NCBI GenBank assembly: GCA_025336685.1
Contig: GCA_025336685.1_4717.1
From: Escherichia coli
GTDB taxonomy: Bacteria; Pseudomonadota; Gammaproteobacteria; Enterobacterales; Enterobacteriaceae
Length of the DNA: 64,000 nt
Reading direction: 5' to 3' (one strand)
Position numbers and translations under genes: made by a program. Positions within the stretch are counted from its first letter, which is position 1, and each line of letters starts with the position of its first letter. Shown piece after piece: positions 9,410-19,422 of the stretch. The notes beneath the pieces were generated by a model. That model ran no database searches. It was not told the origin of the DNA and saw only the letters and a list, made by a program, of their open reading frames with translations.

Positions 9410-10111
9410 TTACTCTCCAGCTTCACCGGTTAACATCTGCATATCGGGAGACGTTTTAATTTTCTTCTCGTACTCTTTTGTTTGTTTGAATACCAATTCA
9501 CCGATTTCTTCCAATTCTTCAACGGTGACGGTATGCAAATAAAGCAGCGGAATAATCCAGGTATTCGCACGAAGCATGTCCTGAATATCGTCAACGGTGG
9601 GTAACTCCGTAAAGAACTGTTCGTCTACCGCAAATAAATCCCGTGCGATACCATCCACCAGTTTATGATCGCTTTCATGGATCCATGCAAAACTTTCAGC
9701 AAGATGGTCAACAAGCATACTGATGTCATCGTCCGTTGAGAACACCGTACGACGAACGTGTGTTGTGAGGTCCATCGTAAAACCCATTAACGAAGGGGTT
9801 TCTTCAGAACGGAGTTCACGCCAAAGACGAAGCATGTTTTCGGGGATAAACAAATCATGGATGAACGTTACGCTGAATTTCGTAATCCAATCACGAATTG
9901 TCGCACCTCTGGAATACTGTTGCGGTGGAGAATACAAATACACCCAACGTTTCGTAAACGCGATAACTTCCTTTCGCATCGCCGCATCTAAAACAAGCAC
10001 GTAACGATCGGAAGCAAGCTCTTCTAACAAAAGCTCGAACGATGTATCGCTCTCTGGGGAGAACGATCGTTTTATTTCTGCGATACGTCGTGATAGCCGA
10101 CTACGTAACAT
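9410..10111 (-). CDS. Hypothetical protein (233 aa)
   Basis: Tightly packed minus-strand ORF. Confidence 0.5.
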   Translation of the reverse strand: MLRSRLSRRIAEIKRSFSPESDTSFELLLEELASDRYVLVLDAAMRKEVIAFTKRWVYLYSPPQQYSRGATIRDWITKFSVTFIHDLFIPENMLRLWRELRSEETPSLMGFTMDLTTHVRRTVFSTDDDISMLVDHLAESFAWIHESDHKLVDGIARDLFAVDEQFFTELPTVDDIQDMLRANTWIIPLLYLHTVTVEELEEIGELVFKQTKEYEKKIKTSPDMQMLTGEAGE

Positions 10112-10113
10112 AA

Positions 10114-10788
10114 TTAGCCCTCATCAAGGTTATTCTGGAGATGCATTGCGGTGAGAATAACACCAACTGCCGAAACCGATTTTGCCTTGCTGTCTTCGGG
10201 TAGCTGTTCCAAGCTTACGGTACCTGTTTCTAACAGCATGCGGTTCATCGCGTTGAACTTCTTATCGTCGCCACCACGAGCCTGCATTAACTCTCGGTTC
10301 ACGTTCGGCATCGATCGTCCTAACGTCGCTTGCATTTCCGGCTGACTCCAAGTGGAACCTTTACTATCACCCGTCGGCTGATTGGTGAGCTGGTCCTTGG
10401 TGTTGTTGTTTTTCGGAATCGATATTTTAGCACTCAACGTTTCGGCTTGTCGGCGGTTTGGAATCAGGTACAATCTGGTTGGACGATCACGAAGCACCAA
10501 TTGTCCTGTTTTCTGATCGGTGAGATAAACGCGTTGGAAGAAAGGGAAACCGTATTTCTTGCCGACTTCCAGTGCGCGTTTTATCGTCACCTCGTTTTTG
10601 TTCATATTGGGTACCCAGATGGGTAGAATCTCTTTCTTATCCCGACATAAACGCATATACGCATCAAACGTCTCATCATCGATTTCAGCAAAACGTTTTT
10701 TGTAAATAGCGTAGGTCGGACTCGATCCCCCCACCAGGTCTTTGATATACCCAAGAATGAATTTTTCTGCTGCAGCGCGGTTGGACAT
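10114..10788 (-). CDS. Hypothetical protein (224 aa)
   Basis: Tightly packed minus-strand ORF; no motif recognised. Confidence 0.5.
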   Translation of the reverse strand: MSNRAAAEKFILGYIKDLVGGSSPTYAIYKKRFAEIDDETFDAYMRLCRDKKEILPIWVPNMNKNEVTIKRALEVGKKYGFPFFQRVYLTDQKTGQLVLRDRPTRLYLIPNRRQAETLSAKISIPKNNNTKDQLTNQPTGDSKGSTWSQPEMQATLGRSMPNVNRELMQARGGDDKKFNAMNRMLLETGTVSLEQLPEDSKAKSVSAVGVILTAMHLQNNLDEG

Positions 10789-10797
10789 AAACGTCTC

Positions 10798-11139
10798 CTA
10801 TTGTCGTGTCTGTTGCGGAAATACCCGAAACACCTGGACGATGATGTTCTTGTCCTCGCGATTGGCGATGTCGATCATGTGTTTTGTTCCAGGACTTTTG
10901 AAATCCCAGAACGCAACTAGATGCGTAATGACATCGCCCATCCACTCGTTGCGTCTGAATCCAGCACCTTTACGATAAGGGCCATCCCAATCGGCAGGAA
11001 ACGTAGTGTATTTAAACCCGTAATCCTTCGCATAGCGGCGCACATGCAAATCAGCACCTGAACGCGCACCGCCAGCAATGAGATGAACTTTGTCGTGAGG
11101 GAGGTTATGTAACATCTGGTTCATACGCTTTTCGAACAA
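10798..11139 (-). CDS. Small Rossmann-like protein, possibly SLOG/DUF2493-like
   Basis: HLIAGGARSGAD ... AFWD-x4-GT pattern resembles small SLOG-family (LOG/DprA-like) proteins; weak, motif-level only. Confidence 0.4.
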   Translation of the reverse strand: MFEKRMNQMLHNLPHDKVHLIAGGARSGADLHVRRYAKDYGFKYTTFPADWDGPYRKGAGFRRNEWMGDVITHLVAFWDFKSPGTKHMIDIANREDKNIIVQVFRVFPQQTRQ

Positions 11140-11192
11140 GGGATAATCATCCCAGTAGCGTGATCCTGATACCCCTACACGATAGGGTTCGC

Positions 11193-11513
11193 TTATCTTC
11201 CACCGCGCAATGACTTTACGTTGCGTGCAATAAAGGGTGCAACGTAATCACGGAAATTATGGATCCATCCTTTAATGGGTTGATTGTCTAGTAAGCACTC
11301 TCGCACCGAGAACGTACTTACTTCTAGTACACCGAACTGCAATCGCCAATAACGATTGATTTCGGCTTGGGCGTGTTCTAAAGTCATGTACTCAGGAACA
11401 CGAGCCAGCAGATCGTGTTTAAATTGCTCGGCAATCGCTGGCTGATGCGATGCAATTGTCTGTGCGATAACATCAACCAGTTCGTGCGCGTGCTTGATAG
11501 CAGGTGCGGTCAT
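11193..11513 (-). CDS. Hypothetical protein (106 aa)
   Basis: ORF between the SLOG-like gene and the RecA-fold ATPase gene. Confidence 0.45.
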   Translation of the reverse strand: MTAPAIKHAHELVDVIAQTIASHQPAIAEQFKHDLLARVPEYMTLEHAQAEINRYWRLQFGVLEVSTFSVRECLLDNQPIKGWIHNFRDYVAPFIARNVKSLRGGR

Positions 11514-11525
11514 TTATTCAGCCTT

Positions 11526-13016
11526 TTATTTTTTGCTTGGACGATTTAATGCAGGTACCGGGTTCTTTGGTTGCTTTGTCTTTTCATCCATCCAGTACGG
11601 GAAGTACTCACCGGTACGCATACGCAATAAGTCCATTGTGGACAAGAACGGTAGCGGGTTAGGATCATCCAGATATGTCCAGTAACCGCGTGTGTTTAAC
11701 AACACATCCCAATCGAATCCTTTTGCTTTAAGATCGTCGTACAGTTCCTGCGGGGTGCAATACAATTGCGGATTTTCGTAAACCTCTTGACGCCAGAGAT
11801 TATGCATCTGACATAGCTCCGACGTAATTTCCAGAGCACGCTGTAAATACTCATCTTCTTCGCAGAGGGAACGAATGGTTGTGCGCTGTAACGCAACATC
11901 CGGATAAATATCCAAATACACCGTTGAAGCACCATCAGCTGACTTACCACCTGATGCATGCATACCCCAACCACGCATCCAATCTTTATCACGTAGGTAG
12001 TGGTATTCTGTTAATGATGGTTTAACCCCCTCGCTCTGACTAACCACAATCGGGAACGGTAAGCCGGTGGGTCCGTTTTTAGCACGCATGTTGAAGACTT
12101 GGATCATCTGTAGATCGGTATCACCGATAAGGTTATCACCAGGTCCACGCGGATAAAGAACGCGTTTATCGGTGTTCTGAAGAATCGTCAGTTTATCGAT
12201 TTTCCAGAGGTTATTCGTATAAAACGTGAAGCGTTCCGGGACGTTCTTAAACTTCTCATCGCCCTTAAACCCTTTCAGTTTTCGTACCGGCTGCTGTCCT
12301 GGCATACCACCAACGTTTACACCGTCACCGAGGTGGGCGGTCATGGTAATGTAGATACCAGCTGACGCTGTGAGTACCGGCATCTGTGATAGAATCTGGC
12401 TTTTCGCTGCTGCCGAACGCATCGCTTCAGCATTCAGTTTTGCACCACCTGCGGTTTCTTTATCAAACAGTGCGTCAACGGCATCGATTGGTAATCCAGA
12501 GAAACTGTCGATGAGTACGACGGTCGGTAACCACCAGGTATAGTTCTCACCATGTTTATTAATGAACGGAACAGCTTTGCGTTGGGATTTATCTTTGACC
12601 TTGTCGTCACGGAATTTCTTAATCGCATCAAACCAAATGTTACCACTCATCTGAACAGCATCGGTGATAAACACACGTTCTTCTTCGAAAAGATCGACAC
12701 CCGCGATATTAGACATGTTCATCGCAAGCGTTAAGATACGTGTTGTCGTTAACGACATTTCTGTATCGTAAACGCTACTATTGCTGTTCGCGTAACGATC
12801 AATAACACGTAACAAGCGAAACATTATGAACGTGGTTTTGTTCATGTTGCCGCGAGCGCCTGCGCCCTCAACAAGCATCATACCGCCGTTACAAATGCTT
12901 TCACCGTGTTTACCGACATAGTACCGACCACCAGATGTGGGAATATCCATTAAGCAACCAATGTTGAGATTAAAACGCATCTCTTCACCGGGAGAAAGGT
13001 ACTTATTAAGATTCAT
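11526..13016 (-). CDS. RecA-fold ATPase (UvsX/RecA-like recombinase or DnaB-like helicase core) with about 200 aa C-terminal extension
   Basis: Walker-A-like GARGNMNKTT near the N-terminus; VVLIDSFSGL Walker-B-like strand followed by KLNAEAMRSAAAKSQ, resembling the RecA/UvsX VVFIDSLGNL...TRAKTMKSL region. Confidence 0.5.
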   Translation of the reverse strand: MNLNKYLSPGEEMRFNLNIGCLMDIPTSGGRYYVGKHGESICNGGMMLVEGAGARGNMNKTTFIMFRLLRVIDRYANSNSSVYDTEMSLTTTRILTLAMNMSNIAGVDLFEEERVFITDAVQMSGNIWFDAIKKFRDDKVKDKSQRKAVPFINKHGENYTWWLPTVVLIDSFSGLPIDAVDALFDKETAGGAKLNAEAMRSAAAKSQILSQMPVLTASAGIYITMTAHLGDGVNVGGMPGQQPVRKLKGFKGDEKFKNVPERFTFYTNNLWKIDKLTILQNTDKRVLYPRGPGDNLIGDTDLQMIQVFNMRAKNGPTGLPFPIVVSQSEGVKPSLTEYHYLRDKDWMRGWGMHASGGKSADGASTVYLDIYPDVALQRTTIRSLCEEDEYLQRALEITSELCQMHNLWRQEVYENPQLYCTPQELYDDLKAKGFDWDVLLNTRGYWTYLDDPNPLPFLSTMDLLRMRTGEYFPYWMDEKTKQPKNPVPALNRPSKK

Positions 13017-13114
13017 TGGGTAAAAACTCCTTCGATTCTTCGACTAATTCTTAGTGTTCAGAGAATAACTATTTTTAGTTAAGACTGACAACCACTATTT
13101 CCACGAGGACCATC

Positions 13115-13957
13115 ATGCATAAATTTACCATTCCTGAAGACCCGATTACACTGCAGACCCTTTGGGATTCTCATCGTGCTCTATCAATGGAAGGCTTTGC
13201 GCAAGACTTCGCTTCACTTACCGCAGTAACGAATCTTCGTAGTATGTTTACTAACGGTAAGAAGTTCGTTACCGATTGGCTTAAAAAACGTGATGTGACG
13301 GTTTATCCTAAAGTCTTCGATGACCTCGATACCATCTTTAGCAACAACGCATACAGCGATCTCATTGGGTATCGTGCTTTTATTCCGAATGGTTTAAATG
13401 CACCGATGTCAGATTATGTTGTTGCTCTAACCCAGAGCCTGGATAGCGTAATTGGCACCATCCTACCCGATTTAGATAAATTGACCGTAACGTGCGCTAA
13501 AGCCGTCAATGACGTCAACTTCCGTCGTAGTAGTGGTATGGCTCAAACGCTACCTAAAAACGACCCAGAGAACGTTTTAGAGACGTTACGTGCGATGTTC
13601 AAACGTGGGACGGTAACACAGACCACTGTAGGTCGTGCATATAAGAACGAAGACGATATCCGTCAGATCGGAAAAGATCTGGATGCTTCCCGCATCCGTG
13701 CGCTCGACGTTAATCCTAAAGACGTGAAGAAAGCAATCGAACGTTTCATGGAAGTGGCTGACCGCTTAACCGAAATCCTGGTTCAAGACTACAATGAGGG
13801 TGCGGTGAGCAACGCGATGATTCGCGATATTAGTGACGCTATCTACCAAACAGCCAAGCAGGCTGAACTGTATGCGTTTCTCGTGAACGCTTTGGCTGAG
13901 GCGATCATTGCATATAACGACACTTGGGACGCTGTTAAAAAGAACGCGAAAAAATAA
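13115..13957 (+). CDS. Hypothetical protein (280 aa)
   Basis: ORF with GAGGA upstream of ATG; followed by a bulged hairpin. Confidence 0.5.
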   Translation: MHKFTIPEDPITLQTLWDSHRALSMEGFAQDFASLTAVTNLRSMFTNGKKFVTDWLKKRDVTVYPKVFDDLDTIFSNNAYSDLIGYRAFIPNGLNAPMSDYVVALTQSLDSVIGTILPDLDKLTVTCAKAVNDVNFRRSSGMAQTLPKNDPENVLETLRAMFKRGTVTQTTVGRAYKNEDDIRQIGKDLDASRIRALDVNPKDVKKAIERFMEVADRLTEILVQDYNEGAVSNAMIRDISDAIYQTAKQAELYAFLVNALAEAIIAYNDTWDAVKKNAKK

Positions 13958-13965
13958 CATAATAA

Positions 13966-14001
13966 CCCACCCTACTACCCCGTTAAGGGCGGTAGGGTGG
14001 G
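13966..14001. terminator. Hairpin at convergent junction (CCCACCCTAC...GTAGGGTGGG), likely bidirectional terminator
   Basis: About 10-bp GC-rich outer stem plus inner CCC/GGG stem; sits between convergent genes 13115..13957 (+) and 14009..14440 (-). Confidence 0.5.
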
Positions 14002-14008
14002 ATAAGGT

Positions 14009-14440
14009 TTATTTGCCGTATAGTTGTACCACTCGTTGTGTCGTAGGAACGCAGACTCTTACCAGAAGCTTTTTAATCTCCTGACGAATCGTTGTTTTAT
14101 CATCATAATAAAGCCATGGTGGAACGCGCTGCATTATGCACTGCACCGCTTCATCGTAGTTTGTCGTCCCATTAAGTAACGTCTCACTATCCAGATCTTT
14201 CCATGCAGTAATACCAAGCCGCGCAGCAAACATCAACGCCGAAACCGACTCAGCTATCTCCAATCGCTCATTCATATCCGCAAGACCTTTTAGCATGACG
14301 TAATTATCGTCATGTTGGTGCAAGGTACCAAACAAACTTCCGAAGAGAAGTATACGTTTAGCTTTTGCGGTTAAGAAGAACGATAGGAGAGCGTGTTTCA
14401 ACGGTTGTTTCTCACGTTCTACCTGTTCGACCATCACCAT
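14009..14440 (-). CDS. Hypothetical protein (143 aa); weak nucleotidyltransferase-like GS-x2-G-x5-DD motif
   Basis: FGSLFGTLHQHDD loosely resembles the Pol-beta-type NTase GS...D.D motif, but the second acidic residue is misplaced. Confidence 0.4.
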   Translation of the reverse strand: MVMVEQVEREKQPLKHALLSFFLTAKAKRILLFGSLFGTLHQHDDNYVMLKGLADMNERLEIAESVSALMFAARLGITAWKDLDSETLLNGTTNYDEAVQCIMQRVPPWLYYDDKTTIRQEIKKLLVRVCVPTTQRVVQLYGK

Positions 14441-14537
14441 TGATTACTCCAACACATAACGTGGGTTACTGTATATGTTAGCCCATATACCAACGTCGTC
14501 TCCCGACTCAATAATCACAGCGAAACGAAACGCAACA

Positions 14538-15980
14538 TCAGACTCGCGATATGTTACCGCGTACGCTTTCGTTTCCGGCGATGCTAAATAGCTCAAGTTC
14601 AGACGTTGAGGCAGGTCTAACCCTACGACATGGTACAAGACGTAACACCCTGCTTATCGGGGTCAGTCTGTAATTCACGTCCACCTTCAAGCTTTTCGTA
14701 ACCTGCGTAATCGCACTATGCACTTTGGTAACCGTTTTACCTTTCTTATCCTTTTCTGTTTCGAAAAGAACGTCGGTAATTTCGGTTACGACCAGACGCG
14801 GTGTGGATTCGCGGTTAGCGTCAAGCCATTCATCCAGTAACGTCTTTAAGAAGTTCAAGGAATCAATCGCACGCCAAGCAAGGTTAGGCGGATTGCATGC
14901 TTCCATTAAAATGGCTGTGTTCGATCCACCTAGCGGAAGATGCACGCTCTTACCGAGGCCTGTCGGACGCATCGTAAGATCGCACTCACCCTCAAGAATA
15001 TCGCGATGATGTTGACGATGATGAAGGTTATCCGTGTATGCGATATACACTGACTCCGTTGTCCCATGCTCTAATACCCGAGATGCATGCGTACGCATAA
15101 TCTCAATAGCATCATCCGGCTTGCTTAAATAGATAACACTGTACGCGCTATCGCTAATCCTTTTCCCTAACTCAAGACGTCCCTTGTTGTCTTTATCGGT
15201 GTTACCACCGAAATAGATGTAGCGACCATCTTTCGCACGCTCTTGCTGCTGATTGGTGGTAAAGTAGCAGCGCGAGAACGTAAAGAACGGACTTATTTCC
15301 GGTTCGGGACTCCAATACCCCTTAGCCGGAAGTTCGCGACGTATTTGGGTTCTTACAGCCCAGTCCTGGTTTTGTGATAGATATGTTCCACGCGTTGCCA
15401 ACATATCCGCACGTTCGTTACCAACATTGCCCTCATGTCCAGGAACGTAACGCAGCGAAATATCGATAGCGTCGCGCTTCGCATCCCTTATCGCACTATC
15501 GAGTTTCCGCCACCGTTCCGCATTCATTAACGGTTTATTGTCGGATTTAACCCAGTTGTTCTCTCGCCAGTTAGCAAGATGGTTGGTGGCACCTACAACA
15601 ACATATTGGCTGTCCGACAACAGCTGGATCCGTTTTGCCCCCTTTGCTTTTCCAAGTTCAATCGCACGTATTGCAGCATCCAACTCAGCCTGATTGTTCG
15701 TTACGTTGAAACCCAAAGCCTCTAACTCATCCACGTATTCCTTGGGTTCGACCAGCACAGCGTCTTTAGGAAAGTTGAGTTTAGGGTCAACATAACCGTA
15801 TTGTGTTGGTTTGGGCTTTCCACTTTTTGAAGGTTCCAAGGTGCCTTTTATTTCTTTCACCATATCGTAGGTGTAGCCATGCACGCCATAGCCACCATAC
15901 CCACTCGATGTTGGACGGGATCCTCCATCACAGTAGAAAACGGCACCAAGCTCAGTATTTCCTGCCATTGTAAACCTCAT
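14538..15980 (-). CDS. RNase H (RNase HI-like) domain protein with about 250 aa C-terminal domain of unknown function
   Basis: Catalytic-site pattern: FYCDGGS (Asp), NNQAELDA (Glu), LLSDSQYVV (Asp), VPGHEGNVGNERADMLA (His/Asp). Confidence 0.65.
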   Translation of the reverse strand: MRFTMAGNTELGAVFYCDGGSRPTSSGYGGYGVHGYTYDMVKEIKGTLEPSKSGKPKPTQYGYVDPKLNFPKDAVLVEPKEYVDELEALGFNVTNNQAELDAAIRAIELGKAKGAKRIQLLSDSQYVVVGATNHLANWRENNWVKSDNKPLMNAERWRKLDSAIRDAKRDAIDISLRYVPGHEGNVGNERADMLATRGTYLSQNQDWAVRTQIRRELPAKGYWSPEPEISPFFTFSRCYFTTNQQQERAKDGRYIYFGGNTDKDNKGRLELGKRISDSAYSVIYLSKPDDAIEIMRTHASRVLEHGTTESVYIAYTDNLHHRQHHRDILEGECDLTMRPTGLGKSVHLPLGGSNTAILMEACNPPNLAWRAIDSLNFLKTLLDEWLDANRESTPRLVVTEITDVLFETEKDKKGKTVTKVHSAITQVTKSLKVDVNYRLTPISRVLRLVPCRRVRPASTSELELFSIAGNESVRGNISRV

Positions 15981-16018
15981 TAATCATTGTCCGTATGATA
16001 GCCCAAAGTTGTACGGTA

Positions 16019-16570
16019 TTACCGATTACCGTCAGTTGACGTTGGTTGATTGCGATCGATTTTCATTGACCGTAATTTTCCACCATTAGTTACACACTGA
16101 TTGCGCTGTTCGACGGAGGCCAGACTGTTACAGACATAATAAGTATCGATAAAACGCTCAACGCGTTCTTGAAACTTCCTCCTGGCAACTTGCTCTTTTT
16201 CAAAAGTTTGTAACGCGCGATCGACCTCACCTTGGAGAATCCGGTTCTGTTCAACCATACTGTCGATTAAACGGCCTCGCACTTCGTTCGATGTGTAGAG
16301 TTGATGAATCAGTTCTCGGTTGGTGTCTCGCGCATAGCGCAATGTTGTATTTTCCTGACGTAAACTATTCGCCTCAGCCATCAAGGTAAAGATTTTTTCG
16401 CCAGCAAATAACGTCACGATACCCAGCACGATGAAAAAACCCGTAATCAAGAATATCGAGGACTGTCGAGCTCCATCTCGACGATAGCGTGTGGGTGGTC
16501 GCTTACTTCGCCGAAACAACTCGCGAAGAAAAGGGAAAAGCCAGGGCAACGCCTTGAGTGTAGTAAACAT
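16019..16570 (-). CDS. Predicted membrane protein with coiled-coil (start moved to ATG at 16570)
   Basis: Hydrophobic segment IFLITGFFIVLGIVTLFAG; the track start at 16861 would overlap the divergent gene 16589..17965 by about 270 nt. Confidence 0.45.
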   Translation of the reverse strand: MFTTLKALPWLFPFLRELFRRSKRPPTRYRRDGARQSSIFLITGFFIVLGIVTLFAGEKIFTLMAEANSLRQENTTLRYARDTNRELIHQLYTSNEVRGRLIDSMVEQNRILQGEVDRALQTFEKEQVARRKFQERVERFIDTYYVCNSLASVEQRNQCVTNGGKLRSMKIDRNQPTSTDGNR

Positions 16571-16588
16571 GCGTGTGTCCTTGATAGT

Positions 16589-17965
16589 ATGAAATTTCCA
16601 ATACAACTTAACCGAGGACGTCGAATGATTAGTATTTTTGGTTTTTATACGTACAAAGGGTACGCTAATAACCACCCAAAAACCACGGCGAAATTCGGTG
16701 AGTTCAGCCAGCATAGTGCTACGTTCAGTCGCGAGATCGGCATCTATACCAACACGGCGTACGCACGTACGACCCTGCTGGTATTGAATGCAGAAAACGA
16801 AGCTGGTGAAGCACAAACGCTGGATGACAACACCGCAAATCAGATTCTTCAGGTTGGTCAATGGTTGCTGGAAAAAGCCTCATCGGGCGAAATCCAGGAT
16901 GACAGAGACCAGGTTATCAGCTACCTAAAAGACGACTTCACAACGTATTTGGATTCTATCGACATCCCGACACCCACCACCGATGGGAAAGTCTATCTAC
17001 CGGCGTGGATCAGTTTCAAGATAACCGCCACGGGTGATGTTGTCAAGATATGGCTGTCTGATAGCGTATTCCAAAGTCAATATCCAAAATACGAATATGA
17101 AGTCGTTCCTCCTGTTCCTAAGGATCAGTTAGACACCTTCTTCGAAGATCTGGCAACGTTGAAGAAACTGGTTGACAGTCGAAGCAGCGAGAAACTGACC
17201 GAAGAAATCAACGAGGTGCGCGACCAATTCCCAGACACACAATTGTGGACGAAAACCTATAAAGCGTACGATTACACCGACGATTCGAAGTACATTGATA
17301 CCGATTGGACGGTGATTATCTACGGTGCAGCAGGTAACAATATTGATAATATCAAGGAGTTCCTGCAAAACTGGATTCTTAGCAATAGTACGCATGGACG
17401 CCCAGACTGGGAAATCGTTCTGCCTGATCTTTTTATTCCGACAGAACACATCTTCATCCCAATCTGGAACCGCCACAGCGCTCCGGAGATGACCAATCAG
17501 GCACGTATTTATAGCCCCATCTTCGATGATTCGTTGATGGATACCTACCTGAAAAACTTTGCTGATGGTTACGGTGAAACCGCCGAAGTCCGTAAATCGC
17601 TTCAAGCGGTGCCGACGCTGTGGCGTTCGATCGGTTTCTTAAGTGTTGGTAACTCACGTAACCGTGATGGTAAACTTAAGTTCTACGATCGTTGGCCGCA
17701 ATACGCACTCATCAGCACAACCAGCATCGATATTAACCGTATCGACGACGCGACACGTGAATTCATCACGTTCACTTACGAGATGCTGAAACTGGCGGAA
17801 TCGCTCACTGAAGACGACCCGGTACCGTTGGGTTATAGTCGTGTTACGCGTGGTAGCAATAACTTCTTAGCGAAAAGCCACAACGATGTTCAGTATCTCT
17901 TCTTAACAAAAGAAGCGTTCCTGAAGAAAATGCCGGATGAAGCCGACACACCTGTTGGAGGTTGA
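16589..17965 (+). CDS. Hypothetical protein (458 aa), possibly structural
   Basis: Long ORF; stop is followed 2 nt later by the next ATG (coupled). Confidence 0.55.
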   Translation: MKFPIQLNRGRRMISIFGFYTYKGYANNHPKTTAKFGEFSQHSATFSREIGIYTNTAYARTTLLVLNAENEAGEAQTLDDNTANQILQVGQWLLEKASSGEIQDDRDQVISYLKDDFTTYLDSIDIPTPTTDGKVYLPAWISFKITATGDVVKIWLSDSVFQSQYPKYEYEVVPPVPKDQLDTFFEDLATLKKLVDSRSSEKLTEEINEVRDQFPDTQLWTKTYKAYDYTDDSKYIDTDWTVIIYGAAGNNIDNIKEFLQNWILSNSTHGRPDWEIVLPDLFIPTEHIFIPIWNRHSAPEMTNQARIYSPIFDDSLMDTYLKNFADGYGETAEVRKSLQAVPTLWRSIGFLSVGNSRNRDGKLKFYDRWPQYALISTTSIDINRIDDATREFITFTYEMLKLAESLTEDDPVPLGYSRVTRGSNNFLAKSHNDVQYLFLTKEAFLKKMPDEADTPVGG

Positions 17966-17967
17966 TT

Positions 17968-18594
17968 ATGGCTGTAACACGCATGACGCCAAGTCCCGGT
18001 GCGGTCGGGGTATTCACAGTATCCGCGCCGTTCACCGTTGGTGCGTCAACGCTTTATACCGTCACAGCGTTGCGTAGATTCAGTGAAGTTATTGGTAGCG
18101 GAATCGATCTATTTAAGGAACTGTACGAACCGTTATCGATAGACAAATCCACATTCGATGCGCATCTCGAAGCGAATGCTTATCTCGTTACGCTGCAACC
18201 GGATTACGGTGCGCCCGTACTGGTACCTGATACGTATATCACGTCGTACCCAAAGAACGATTCGTTGCGGTATCGTCGCATTATTCTGGGTATCGATTTC
18301 GGGCCTCTTCCTCCAGGTCTTGACCTTTCGTATTTAACAACGATATTGAAAGGTAAGGCCAGTGATATTCTTGGTGTCGAACCTGAAGTTAAAATAATGG
18401 AAATCACTCTCGATGATACCGTTACTCAGGAACAACATCAGATAAACGAAGCCCGTCGTCAGGCTGCGATAAAAGAGCGAGATACCATTTACGCGCGCTG
18501 TGAAACGCAAGAGAAGCAGATAACAGCTTTACTTGCAACCCAAAAGCAACTTATCAAATTGCTTCAGGACGCCGGAATCAATCCAACACCTTAA
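17968..18594 (+). CDS. Hypothetical protein (start at ATG 17968; the track start at 17962 is a TTG)
   Basis: Coupled to the upstream gene; followed by a strong hairpin at 18601..18633. Confidence 0.5.
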   Translation: MAVTRMTPSPGAVGVFTVSAPFTVGASTLYTVTALRRFSEVIGSGIDLFKELYEPLSIDKSTFDAHLEANAYLVTLQPDYGAPVLVPDTYITSYPKNDSLRYRRIILGIDFGPLPPGLDLSYLTTILKGKASDILGVEPEVKIMEITLDDTVTQEQHQINEARRQAAIKERDTIYARCETQEKQITALLATQKQLIKLLQDAGINPTP

Positions 18595-18600
18595 CATATT

Positions 18601-18633
18601 CCCTCCTCCTTCCCATGTTGGGTTGGAGGAGGG
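18601..18633 (+). terminator. Hairpin CCCTCCTCCTTCCC-loop-GGGTTGGAGGAGGG, member of a recurring hairpin family
   Basis: 14-nt arms with a central TT/TT mismatch, immediately after the stop of 17968..18594. Confidence 0.55.
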
Positions 18634-18647
18634 TTATGCCGTCAAGC

Positions 18648-18694
18648 AAAAAAAAAAAAAATGATAGCCACGGACCCTCCAATGAAGGAGGGTC
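18648..18694 (-). terminator. Minus-strand terminator candidate: hairpin GACCCTCC/GGAGGGTC followed on the minus strand by a U14 tract
   Basis: 8-bp stem at 18673..18694; A14 homopolymer at 18648..18661 on the plus strand; located just after the stop of 18707..19411. Confidence 0.45.
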
Positions 18695-18706
18695 GTGACC
18701 GTCAGT

Positions 18707-19411
18707 TTAGGATGTAGATAATCTCGCGTACTTCTGGCGAACATGGTTCTTACGGCGAACTTCGTCATCCTCGTCACGCCATTCGAGGTAAGCAACGAAT
18801 CGACGTAACTGTGCTGCTGTCATCGTTGACGATCGGTCTTCTACATCTAGAACGACGTAACGAACGCCACCAACATCATCGCAATCAACGTAATTGAATA
18901 CCATAAGGCCATCACCGTATTCAACGACGGTAACTTCGAACCGTTTCTCGAACAAATAAAACAGTTCCGATTCGATGATCATCGGAATGACGCATATTTC
19001 AGCACGATCGAGGATTTCCATCATCACCCGTAACGCGCGAGGAGTATGGCGAGCGAACTGGCCGTTAAAACGTTGTCTCATTGCTTGTTCCACGCCATCT
19101 GTTTTTGTTCCAAACCAAGGACGTATTACAGATTTCGGTGGTGTAAGACGAAAGCGATATGCTTGTATAAACAACAGAATATCAGCGACGTTAGGAAATT
19201 CTTCCTGGTCTTCGTATATCTTGCGGATAATATCCGGAATCGTAACCATCAAGTATTTCTTATCGCCTCCCACTTTCTCGAGATTAGCAATATGTCCTTC
19301 TACTACCGGCTGGTAAACGAAATTATACCAATGACGGTATCTTGCAGCACGCTGGTAATTCGGGATAAAATTAAGAACAACATTCACTGCACGTTTTAAC
19401 GGGTTCATCAA
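18707..19411 (-). CDS. Hypothetical protein (234 aa)
   Basis: Long minus-strand ORF. Confidence 0.5.
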   Translation of the reverse strand: MMNPLKRAVNVVLNFIPNYQRAARYRHWYNFVYQPVVEGHIANLEKVGGDKKYLMVTIPDIIRKIYEDQEEFPNVADILLFIQAYRFRLTPPKSVIRPWFGTKTDGVEQAMRQRFNGQFARHTPRALRVMMEILDRAEICVIPMIIESELFYLFEKRFEVTVVEYGDGLMVFNYVDCDDVGGVRYVVLDVEDRSSTMTAAQLRRFVAYLEWRDEDDEVRRKNHVRQKYARLSTS

Positions 19412-19422
19412 AAGGTTCCTTC

